Positions 35,057-43,254 of a stretch of 64,000 nt of DNA are shown here, one piece after another; the stretch's first letter is position 1; each line of letters begins with the position of its first letter. Made by a program: the position numbers and the translations under genes. The DNA lies in contig JAFRWY010000020.1 of the NCBI GenBank assembly GCA_017437905.1, forward strand, positions 7,632 through 71,631, in the 5' to 3' direction. A model generated the notes under the pieces. It was not told the DNA's origin, searched no databases, and saw only the letters and a program-made list of their open reading frames with translations. The stretch comes from Eubacterium sp. GTDB lineage: Bacteria > Bacillota > Clostridia > Lachnospirales > Lachnospiraceae.

Positions 35057-35791
35057 ATGAAAAAAAAGAAAACGGGAGTCCTGCTGCTGGGAATCGCTGC
35101 GGCGGTTGCGGCAGGAGCCTATATACTTAAGAAAACCACGATCCATACGGACGTGAAGGTACACCGTCCGAAGGGTTTCTATGAGGCGGTCATAAAACGT
35201 CCCATGGATTTCTGCCTGGCGCTTTTTGCACTGATTCTTCTTTCACCGGTGCTTCTGGTGCTGGCTGTCCTGATACGGACAAAACTGGGATCCCCCATCT
35301 TCTTCCGTCAGGAACGCCCGGGGAAGGACGGAAAAGTCTTCCTGCTGTATAAGTTTCGTACCATGACGGACGCGAAGGATGCGGAAGGGAATCTCCTCCC
35401 CGATGAAGAACGGCTTACTTCCTTCGGCAGGATGCTCCGTTCCACCAGCCTGGATGAACTGCCGGAACTCTGGAATATCCTGAAGGGGGATATGTCCATC
35501 GTAGGTCCGCGCCCTCTGTTGGTACGGTATCTGCCCAGATATAACGAGCATCAGGCCAGACGCCATGAGGTCCGCCCGGGCTTTACCGGTTTGGCGCAGG
35601 TGCATGGCCGCAATGCCATCAGCTGGGAGGAAAAGTTTGACTGGGATGTGAAATATGTGGATGATATCACATTTGCGGGGGATGTGAAGATCCTTCTGGA
35701 TACGGTACGGATCGTCCTGAAGAGAGAGGGCATCAGCTCCGAAACCTCCGCAACCATGGAAGAGTTTTACGGAACAGAGGCAGAAGAATAA
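35057..35791 (+). CDS. Small (PglC/EpsL-type) undecaprenyl-phosphate sugar phosphotransferase
   Basis: One N-terminal re-entrant helix, then the Bac_transf motifs RPGKDGKVFLLYKFRTM and DELPELWNILKGDMSIVGPRP. Confidence 0.9.
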   Translation: MKKKKTGVLLLGIAAAVAAGAYILKKTTIHTDVKVHRPKGFYEAVIKRPMDFCLALFALILLSPVLLVLAVLIRTKLGSPIFFRQERPGKDGKVFLLYKFRTMTDAKDAEGNLLPDEERLTSFGRMLRSTSLDELPELWNILKGDMSIVGPRPLLVRYLPRYNEHQARRHEVRPGFTGLAQVHGRNAISWEEKFDWDVKYVDDITFAGDVKILLDTVRIVLKREGISSETSATMEEFYGTEAEE

Positions 35792-35807
35792 ACTAAAGAG
35801 GAAGAAC

Positions 35808-36632
35808 ATGAAGAAAGAAGTGAGTGAGGTTCTGATGAACCTTCTGATCAGACTGGATGAGGTATGCCGCCGGCATCACCTCCGTTATTATCTGGCCTAT
35901 GGCACCTGCATCGGCGCCGTCCGCCATAAGGGCTTTATCCCCTGGGATCATGACATTGATGTGCTGATGCCCATCCGGGATGCGGTGGAACTGACGAAAT
36001 ATCAGGATGAGTTCGGACCGGACCTCTTTGTGCAGTCCCGGAAGACGGATCCGAATTATATCTCCATCGCCTATAAACTCCGTGATTCCAGCACGGCTTA
36101 TGTCTGGGACGAATATAAGCATATGGATTTTAACCAGGGTATCTCCCTGGACATCTATCCCTTCTACAATGCACCGAAGACGAAGCCGGGGCTTCTGCTG
36201 AATATATGGAGATCCCATATCTATAAGGTACTGGTTGCCGGGTATGTCCCCGAGAACCACGGGAAGGCGGCGAAACTGATGTCGAAGTTCTTCCTGACCC
36301 TGTTCCGGGGGAAGAGCCGCGGAAAAATGATCCGCCGCATGGAGTATAAGCTCCGTAAGGTGCCGAAAGGGAAGGAAATCCTGGATTACTACGGCCTGGA
36401 TATCACCCTCTGCAGCGCCATCACCTATCCGAGAGAGTGGTTCGGAAAGCCGAAACTCCTGGAATTCGAGGGGAGAAAGTTCTTCGGTCCCACGGAACCG
36501 GAGAAGTATCTGACGAAGCGATACGGCGATTTCATGACGCTGCCGCCGGTGGAGAAGCAGGTGGATCCGAACCAGGATGCAGACGTGGTGATCGATACGG
36601 AGAAAAGCTACAGGGAGTATCTGGAGCTTTAG
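35808..36632 (+). CDS. LicD-family phosphotransferase (phosphocholine / phospho-alditol transferase family)
   Basis: YLAYGTCIGAVRHKGFIPWDHDIDVLMP with the conserved DxD, about 270 aa. Confidence 0.85.
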   Translation: MKKEVSEVLMNLLIRLDEVCRRHHLRYYLAYGTCIGAVRHKGFIPWDHDIDVLMPIRDAVELTKYQDEFGPDLFVQSRKTDPNYISIAYKLRDSSTAYVWDEYKHMDFNQGISLDIYPFYNAPKTKPGLLLNIWRSHIYKVLVAGYVPENHGKAAKLMSKFFLTLFRGKSRGKMIRRMEYKLRKVPKGKEILDYYGLDITLCSAITYPREWFGKPKLLEFEGRKFFGPTEPEKYLTKRYGDFMTLPPVEKQVDPNQDADVVIDTEKSYREYLEL

Positions 36633-36666
36633 AAAAGATATCGCACCAGGGAAGATTTTACTGCAA

Positions 36667-36701
36667 ATATCCGGTTCACTTACGAAAGTGATACCGGATA
36701 T
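36667..36701 (+). other. Intergenic stem-loop without T-tract (possible processing or attenuation site)
   Basis: ATATCCGGT ... ACCGGATAT 9-bp stem enclosing a second small palindrome (TCACT/AGTGA). Confidence 0.3.
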
Positions 36702-36756
36702 GTCGTACCTGGAGTGCGGCATATGAATACATAAACTGTAGGAAAATGAGGAGAAC

Positions 36757-37911
36757 ATGGAACGATTAGATGCGGTGTATCTTGTTACGACACCATTTCA
36801 GATCATGTCAGCCATCAGTCTGGCTGTAAACCGTAAGGAGCGGGCTGACCTGTATATCGATGTACAGTTCGCCGGTGTGGAGGAACTTGCAGAGCGGATC
36901 CGTGCGAGACAGATCTTTGACCGGGTTCATATTCTGGACAAGGTGAGGGCTATCGATGAGATCCGTTCCGCCGGGAATACGGCGAAGCGGTACCGGAAGA
37001 TGCTTTACTGGTACCGGCATGTGGATGAGGCGGCGGCGGAGATCCTGCTTCCGGACAGGGAGTACCGGATCCTGTATGCAACCCATTATATCATCCCGGC
37101 TTCCCTGCTCATGCTTTATATCTCAAAGCATGACCTTAGGACAAAGGCATATTTCTTTGATGACGGGGAATCCAGTTATCATCTGGAGAAGTTTTATAAC
37201 AGCAGCCGGGGAGACCGGATGGCCAAGAAAATGGTGCTGAAGACGAAAAAGGACCGGAAGGCGAAGCGGCTGTACGTGTATTCTCCGGAGGTCTTCCGGA
37301 AGACGATGGCACAGTGTCCGATCCCGGTGTATCAGCTGCCCCGGTTCAGCGAGAATAAAACCGTACAGGAGCATCTGTCCGCGATCTTTGATGTGACCCC
37401 GGAGAAGGGGATCCGTGAATCCATGGTGATCCTGGATGCCAGAAAAGGGGATATCCTTTCTCCCGAGGATTGGAAGCGCCTGGAGGAACTCTACGAACGG
37501 ATGGCGGAGGAACTGGGACCGGAGAATGTGATCATCAAGCGGCATCCGAGAGATGAGAAGAACGAGAATCCGAAGATCACGGAATATGAACATCAGACCA
37601 TGCCCTTTGAACTGATCTGTCTGGCGTCTTCCATGAATAAGAAAACACTGGTGGCACTGCACTCTACGGCGACCTATAATCCGAAGCTTCTGTTCGATCA
37701 GGAGCCCAGGATTCTGCTCCTGCATCATCTCTTCCACAGGAAGGGATGGGACGATGCGGAGAGTGATCAGTTCTACGGACTGATCCGGGATACCTACCGG
37801 GATCCCGGTCGTGTGGTGATACCGGAGACCGAAGAAGAACTGTTCCGTGTTCTCGCTGAGATCAGGAAAGAACAGGAGACACCGGACCCTGCTGCAGAAG
37901 GAGAGAGATAA
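36757..37911 (+). CDS. Uncharacterised GT-B-like transferase carrying sialyltransferase-type D-D-G and H-P motifs
   Basis: Soluble 384-aa protein. FFDDGESSY encodes DDG at nt 37159-37167 and IIKRHPRDE encodes HP at nt 37543-37548, 128 residues apart. I recognise no other family. Confidence 0.4.
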   Translation: MERLDAVYLVTTPFQIMSAISLAVNRKERADLYIDVQFAGVEELAERIRARQIFDRVHILDKVRAIDEIRSAGNTAKRYRKMLYWYRHVDEAAAEILLPDREYRILYATHYIIPASLLMLYISKHDLRTKAYFFDDGESSYHLEKFYNSSRGDRMAKKMVLKTKKDRKAKRLYVYSPEVFRKTMAQCPIPVYQLPRFSENKTVQEHLSAIFDVTPEKGIRESMVILDARKGDILSPEDWKRLEELYERMAEELGPENVIIKRHPRDEKNENPKITEYEHQTMPFELICLASSMNKKTLVALHSTATYNPKLLFDQEPRILLLHHLFHRKGWDDAESDQFYGLIRDTYRDPGRVVIPETEEELFRVLAEIRKEQETPDPAAEGER

Positions 37912-37912
37912 A

Positions 37913-39088
37913 GTGGAAGCTACTTCGAAAACCACGGGATATCTGGATCTTTACCGGCTGGGACCGTCGTCTGCGGTTGTGTTTTATTTCCTTACGATCC
38001 TGCTTACGGCGCTTTATCCGGGTTCGGCCACCAGTATGCTGTATTATCTGGCGATTGCTTACGGGGCTGTGGTATACTTCTTCATGAAGCGTTCCGTTGG
38101 GATGCATTTCCTGTTGATCCTCGCCTTTGGAGCCGGTGTTCTGTCTACACTGAATACCGTGCTGATCGGGAACCAGACGGTGGTAAGGACCATGATCCTG
38201 GTGCTGTCTTTCTTTGTGGCAGCCCTGATGCTGGACGAGCACGTGGATGAACGGGCATACCTGGTGGCGGTCTATGTTGAGGGCGCTGTGGTCCTGCTGA
38301 AAACGGTTCTCCACGGGAGCTCCGCAGCGATCTATGAGGGGATATCCAACAATTATGTATCGGTCCACCTGCTGGCACCTGCGGTTCTTTACTACGGACT
38401 CCTGGATGCCAGAGGAAAGAAGATACCGCTGATCCCTGCAGTGGTGATCTGGATGCTCTGCTTCCTGTCCGGAGGACGGGGTGGGCTTTTGTCCGGAACC
38501 ATCCTGCTGGGAGGTGTGATCCTCCGGCTGTATCTGGGAGATGAGCGGACCAGAAGAGAGCGTGTCCAGCTGGGCATCCTTCTGGCGGCGGTGCTGATCC
38601 CCGCGTTGTTCGTCCTGGTGCAGGCGGTGCTGAACAGCGGCTGGAGTTTCTATGTGGTACAGCGCTTCCTGGACAAGGGAATGGACGGAGGCGGCCGGAT
38701 CGGCGGATGGATCGAATATATCGAATCGCTGATGGGATCCTTAAAATTCTTCCTGCTGGGTGTGGATCTGGACACGCAGGTGTGGATCCAGAAATACAGC
38801 GGGAATCTGCATAATTCCTTCCTGTTCGTACATGCCTATCTGGGAATCATCGGCTTTGCCGTTCTGATCGCCCTGATCATTCGGGCAACGGTACGGGCGG
38901 TGCAGTATAAGAAGGGAATCTACCTTTGCTGTATCATAACCTTCTGTTTCCGCGGTATGACGGATCATGTGTTCGGAGGAAACCGGTTTTCGGCGGTTAT
39001 GATCGCACTGCTGCTGATCACGGAGGTGATCCGTGAACGGCCGAAGGAAAAACAGTTCTATATGATGTTGAGAGGAGTCAGGAAATGA
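37913..39088 (+). CDS. Wzy / O-antigen-ligase-family polytopic membrane protein (polymerase or ligase)
   Basis: About 10 TM helices and an extracytoplasmic loop followed by NLHNSFLFVHAYLGIIGFAVLIALI (Wzy_C-like). GTG 37913 is 7 nt after AAGGAGAG. The tracked ATG 37847 overlaps the upstream gene. Confidence 0.65.
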   Translation: MEATSKTTGYLDLYRLGPSSAVVFYFLTILLTALYPGSATSMLYYLAIAYGAVVYFFMKRSVGMHFLLILAFGAGVLSTLNTVLIGNQTVVRTMILVLSFFVAALMLDEHVDERAYLVAVYVEGAVVLLKTVLHGSSAAIYEGISNNYVSVHLLAPAVLYYGLLDARGKKIPLIPAVVIWMLCFLSGGRGGLLSGTILLGGVILRLYLGDERTRRERVQLGILLAAVLIPALFVLVQAVLNSGWSFYVVQRFLDKGMDGGGRIGGWIEYIESLMGSLKFFLLGVDLDTQVWIQKYSGNLHNSFLFVHAYLGIIGFAVLIALIIRATVRAVQYKKGIYLCCIITFCFRGMTDHVFGGNRFSAVMIALLLITEVIRERPKEKQFYMMLRGVRK

Positions 39089-40479
39089 ACGGAAGACGGA
39101 TCAGTATAAAAAGTCTGTTTTACTATATACTGAGAAAGGCGTGGCTGATCCTGCTGATGGCAGTATGCTTCGGTGCACTGCTGGCAGGCTATAAATACTA
39201 TAAGGATTCAAAAGATAAGCAGAATGCAGATAAGGAGAATAACGGAAGTACCCTTACGGAGGCGGAACGGTCCGATGTGGAAAATGCGGCGCTGCAGTAC
39301 AGATACGCGCTGGAACTGGAGACGTATCTTGAGAATTCGCCGCTGCTCAAACTGAATTCCAAGTCGGAGGAGCAGACCATTGTGGAATACAGGATCCTGC
39401 TGGAACTTCCCCAGGGAGAAATCTCCTACGGAACCGTGGAGAATACCTACATTCAGTTGCTTCGTGCCTATGTCAATGACGGGCTTTTCATCGGGGATCT
39501 GGTGGGAAAGCGTCTGGAGTATGATGAGCATGCATACATGAAGGAACTTGTCTGGTGCAACAATTCCGGCAGCGGCCAGTTTACGCTGGGTGTGGTACAG
39601 TATGAGAAATATCCGGATCTTGCCCCGGACGTCCGGGAGATTGTGGAAGCCTATATGAAGGAGCTGATGGCGAAGGAACCGCGGCTTAAGATCGATGCCA
39701 TGAAGGAAGGGTCGGTCTCCATCTACGATTCCAGTACGGACAATACCCAGAAGAATTCCTACTCCAATATGGTTACCTACCGGAGAGCCTACATGAATGC
39801 CTATACAGGGTTCTCTTCGGCTCAGCAGTCCTATTTCCGATATCTGACCGGCTACCTTTCCGATACGAAGCAGAAGACGAAGGAACCGGGCTTCTCGAAG
39901 CGATATGCGGCAATCGGAATAGTGGGAGGCGCATTTGTGGGAATCGGCCTCTGCTTCCTGCTTCTCTATCTTTCCATGAAGCATATGACCGTCTCCGATT
40001 ACAGTGAGAATCTGGGACTTCGGAACATGGGCGTCCTGTTTGAAAACGGTAAAACAAAGAAGAACGGCAAGACAGCGCATCCGGTACGGGAATGGTTTAC
40101 GAAGAAGGAACTGAAGGACTGGCTCTTTGATACAAATGAGGAGAGCATCGCATATGCGGCTGTCCGGATCGGTGCTTACTGTGACAATCATAAGATCGAC
40201 CGTCTGGCGGTCATATCCTCGGACGGAACCGGGACGGTACAGAAGGCTGTCGCAAAGCTTCAGAAGGAACTGAGAAAGCAGGAGGTGGATCTGATCCCCA
40301 CCGAGAATGTGGTGCGGGACAGCAACGCACTTACTGACCTGATCGAGACCAAAGCCTGCATCCTGGTGGAAAAACTGAAGGGCGGAAATCGTCAGAAGGC
40401 GGCAGAACTTCTGCAGTTCTGTCAGGAGAATGACGTGGAAGTAATCGGTGCCATGGGTGTGGCCGAGAGGACGGTCTGA
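39085..40479 (+). CDS. Polysaccharide co-polymerase (Wzz/PCP)-like protein with a degenerate kinase-like cytoplasmic tail
   Basis: TM1 (WLILLMAVCFGALLAGY), a helical ectodomain of about 250 aa, TM2 (AAIGIVGGAFVGIGLCFLLLYL), then a cytoplasmic domain of about 150 aa. In that domain the BY-kinase P-loop position reads VISSDGTGTVQK, with no GK[ST]. ATGA overlap with the upstream stop. Confidence 0.45.
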   Translation: MNGRRISIKSLFYYILRKAWLILLMAVCFGALLAGYKYYKDSKDKQNADKENNGSTLTEAERSDVENAALQYRYALELETYLENSPLLKLNSKSEEQTIVEYRILLELPQGEISYGTVENTYIQLLRAYVNDGLFIGDLVGKRLEYDEHAYMKELVWCNNSGSGQFTLGVVQYEKYPDLAPDVREIVEAYMKELMAKEPRLKIDAMKEGSVSIYDSSTDNTQKNSYSNMVTYRRAYMNAYTGFSSAQQSYFRYLTGYLSDTKQKTKEPGFSKRYAAIGIVGGAFVGIGLCFLLLYLSMKHMTVSDYSENLGLRNMGVLFENGKTKKNGKTAHPVREWFTKKELKDWLFDTNEESIAYAAVRIGAYCDNHKIDRLAVISSDGTGTVQKAVAKLQKELRKQEVDLIPTENVVRDSNALTDLIETKACILVEKLKGGNRQKAAELLQFCQENDVEVIGAMGVAERTV

Positions 40480-40630
40480 GAGAAAAAATTCCGGATAAGG
40501 CGCAGAAAAGATAAGGGGTTTTACGGATCGCAGCAGAGGAATGTTCCGGTTTAAGGGTTACGGATACGGAAAGGACGGATGCCGGGGAACGCTTCAGGGC
40601 GGCAGGGTGTCCGTGGAAGAAGGAGGGCGT

Positions 40631-41977
40631 ATGAAGCAGAAGAAGAGGATCATGGCCTGGGTTATGGTTCTGATGATCGTATTTACGGTATATCAGGTCA
40701 GGGACGTCAGCGAGGCGGCTACGAAGAGTGTGGCGGGTGCCTGGAAGAAAGATTCCAAGGGCTGGTACTACAAGTTCTCGGACGGTAGCGGCTATGCGAA
40801 GGATGAGTGGATTCGAGGGAGTTATGTAAACAAAAAGGGCTACTGGGAGAAGAAATGGGACGGCGAGTGGAAGCAGAATAAAAAGGGATGGTGGTTCCAG
40901 GCAGGAACCTGGTATCCGAAGAACGAATGGATCCAGTACAACCGGAAGTATTACTACTTCGGTGCCGACGGTTACATGCTGACCGATCAGTGGATCGGAA
41001 AGTATTATGTGGATAAGAACGGTGTCTGGACCAAGACCCGGTCCACCACGGCTCCGGATAATCCGGTAAAGGCCTGGGGAGCCCTGCAGGTAAAGGGAAC
41101 CGATCTATGCTCCTCCACGGGTGCAAAGGTTCAGCTGAAGGGCGTCAGCACCTTCGGAATCATCTGGGATGAGGGACGCGACAATATCAATCTGGAAGCT
41201 TTCAAAACCCTGAAGAGTTGGGGCGTCAATACCATCCGTCTTGCGGTTTATACCGAGGAATACGGCGGATACTGCAGAAATGACGTGGACAGGTCCAGAC
41301 TGGACGGGATCATTGAGAACGGTGTCAGCTATGCAACACAGCTGGGACTTTACGTGATCATTGACTGGCACATCCTGAATGACAACAATCCGAATACACA
41401 TATCTCGGAAGCAAAACAGTTCTTTGCAAAGTATTCGAAAAAGTATGCCGGTTATAACAACATTCTCTATGAGATCTGTAATGAGCCGAACGGAGGCACG
41501 TCATGGGCCGATGTCAAGTCCTACGCAGACACGATCATTCCCATCATCCGTCAGAATGATGACGATGCCGTGATCCTGGTGGGTACGCCCACCTGGTCAC
41601 AGAAGCCGGACGAGGCAGCGAAGAATCCGGTAAATCAGAAGAAGAATGTCATGTATGTGGCGCATTTCTATGCATCGGAGCATGGAAGTGATCTTCGGAA
41701 CGCAATCACCAATGCGAGAAAAATGGGTGCACCCGTTTTCATCAGCGAGTGCAGCGTAACAAGAGCAAGCGGGGACGGGGAAATCAATTACACCGCCGCA
41801 AATGAATGGAAGAAGTTTGTAAATGACAATAACCTCTCCTTTGTGGAGTGGAGTCTTTCCAACAAAGCCGAGACCTCCGCAATGATAAAGAGCGGGTGCT
41901 CAAAGCATAGCGGATGGACCGATTCCGATCTGAAGGATTCGGCACTCTTCTTCAAGAAGTGGTTCGGTGAGAACTAA
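40631..41977 (+). CDS. Secreted GH5 (cellulase-family) glycoside hydrolase with N-terminal CW_binding_1-like repeats
   Basis: Signal peptide MKQKKRIMAWVMVLMIVFTVYQV. Repeats GWYYKFSDGSGYAKDEW and YYYFGADGYMLTDQW. The GH5 core has ILYEICNEPNG (acid/base Glu) and VFISECS (nucleophile Glu). ATG 40631 follows GGAGGG. Confidence 0.8.
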   Translation: MKQKKRIMAWVMVLMIVFTVYQVRDVSEAATKSVAGAWKKDSKGWYYKFSDGSGYAKDEWIRGSYVNKKGYWEKKWDGEWKQNKKGWWFQAGTWYPKNEWIQYNRKYYYFGADGYMLTDQWIGKYYVDKNGVWTKTRSTTAPDNPVKAWGALQVKGTDLCSSTGAKVQLKGVSTFGIIWDEGRDNINLEAFKTLKSWGVNTIRLAVYTEEYGGYCRNDVDRSRLDGIIENGVSYATQLGLYVIIDWHILNDNNPNTHISEAKQFFAKYSKKYAGYNNILYEICNEPNGGTSWADVKSYADTIIPIIRQNDDDAVILVGTPTWSQKPDEAAKNPVNQKKNVMYVAHFYASEHGSDLRNAITNARKMGAPVFISECSVTRASGDGEINYTAANEWKKFVNDNNLSFVEWSLSNKAETSAMIKSGCSKHSGWTDSDLKDSALFFKKWFGEN

Positions 41978-42074
41978 TAGTCGGGTGAAAAGTGAGGGCG
42001 ATACTGATCACGATGCGGAAAGATGAGGGGGTCATCCGGCATCAGTTTTATGGGAAAGTATGAGGTACCGGCCT

Positions 42075-43169
42075 ATGAAGAAAAGAAAGGTAAGAAAATG
42101 GCAGGCGGTCCTTCTGGCGGGACTGCTGGCAGTATCATCCGGGATCTGTCCGATGCTTCCTGCGGGGACAGAGGGAACCGTGGCCGAGGCTGCGGAGAAT
42201 AAGAAGTTAAGTGTAACCGCCAGGGCCATGTACAGCTATGCCTATGATGTACTGGATCTGGTGAATCAGGAACGGAAGAAAGCCGGCCTGAAGGCGCTCA
42301 CCATGGACGCGGAGCTCTGTGAGGCTGCCATGCAGCGATCTGCGGAGTCGGTAGCCATGCTGGCCATAACCGGCGGCCTCTCCCATACCCGGCCCAACGG
42401 GGAGCAGTGCTTTACGGTTTCGGAGAAGTCCTACGCCGAGAATATTGCCTGCGGACAGAGATCTCCTTCCGAGGTGGTACAGGCGTGGATGGAGTCCACC
42501 ATGGGACACAGGGAGAACATTCTCGGGGCCTCCTATGTCAGCATCGGTATCGGCTGTGTCAAGGTGGATGACGTCATGGTATTCTACTGGGCACAGGAAT
42601 TCGGAATCACAACGGCAAAAACCGGTTCAAAACCGGAGGATACCACCAGAACATTTACCGTGGATGCCACGGAACTGAACCATAAGGCGGCGCTGGCCTC
42701 CACGGGATACAGAAATATCATCGCCGATGCTTCGGCAGGCACATGGAAGCATGATAAGAACGGCTGGTGGTACCGGAATGCGGACGGAAGCTACCCGGCT
42801 TCGGCATGGATGCAGGAATCCGGAAAATGGTACTACTTCGGGGCCGACGGTTACATGGTGACCGGCTGGCAGAAGATCGGACAGAAATGGTATTTCTTCG
42901 GAACCAGCGGGGTCATGGCCACCGGCTGGAGACATTATGCCGGCGCATGGTATTACCTTGGAGGTAACGGAGCCATGGTGACCGGTTGGAGGAAGATCGG
43001 ATCTTCCTGGTATCATTTCAAAGGCAGCGGCGAGATGCAGACCGGATGGTTTAAGTACGCAGGCGACTGGTATTATTTTAAGACCGACGGAACCATGGCT
43101 GTCGGACAGGTAAAGATCGGAACGAAGACCTACAGGTTCGGTACGGACGGAGTGTGTCTGAATCCGTAA
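42075..43169 (+). CDS. Secreted CAP/SCP (PR-1-like) domain protein with C-terminal CW_binding_1 repeats
   Basis: Signal peptide, then the CAP motif YAENIACGQRSPSEVVQAWMESTMGHRENIL, then about 7 repeats such as GWQKIGQKWYFFGTSGVMATGW. Confidence 0.8.
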   Translation: MKKRKVRKWQAVLLAGLLAVSSGICPMLPAGTEGTVAEAAENKKLSVTARAMYSYAYDVLDLVNQERKKAGLKALTMDAELCEAAMQRSAESVAMLAITGGLSHTRPNGEQCFTVSEKSYAENIACGQRSPSEVVQAWMESTMGHRENILGASYVSIGIGCVKVDDVMVFYWAQEFGITTAKTGSKPEDTTRTFTVDATELNHKAALASTGYRNIIADASAGTWKHDKNGWWYRNADGSYPASAWMQESGKWYYFGADGYMVTGWQKIGQKWYFFGTSGVMATGWRHYAGAWYYLGGNGAMVTGWRKIGSSWYHFKGSGEMQTGWFKYAGDWYYFKTDGTMAVGQVKIGTKTYRFGTDGVCLNP

Positions 43170-43254
43170 CGGACGCAGGGTTTTCGTAAAGATAGTCCGG
43201 ACGGATGATCCGGAACGGTAAGGGAAACAGGTTTTTTTGATCAGGAGGTATGGA

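Noticed and set aside
33372-35057. 561-aa minus-strand ORF
   Set aside because: It is antisense to the double aminotransferase gene, which has strong family motifs on the + strand.
35808-36632. Calling the island a phosphocholine teichoic-acid locus outright
   Set aside because: Only LicD and the choline-binding-type repeats point that way. No licA/licB/licC or tarI/tarJ genes are visible, LicD enzymes use several donors, and CW_binding_1 repeats also bind plain glycans. It is kept as a hypothesis, not an annotation.
36757-37911. Annotating this ORF as a sialyltransferase
   Set aside because: The evidence is two short motifs only, and no nonulosonic-acid synthesis genes are present in the window. 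It is reported as motif-bearing and uncharacterised.
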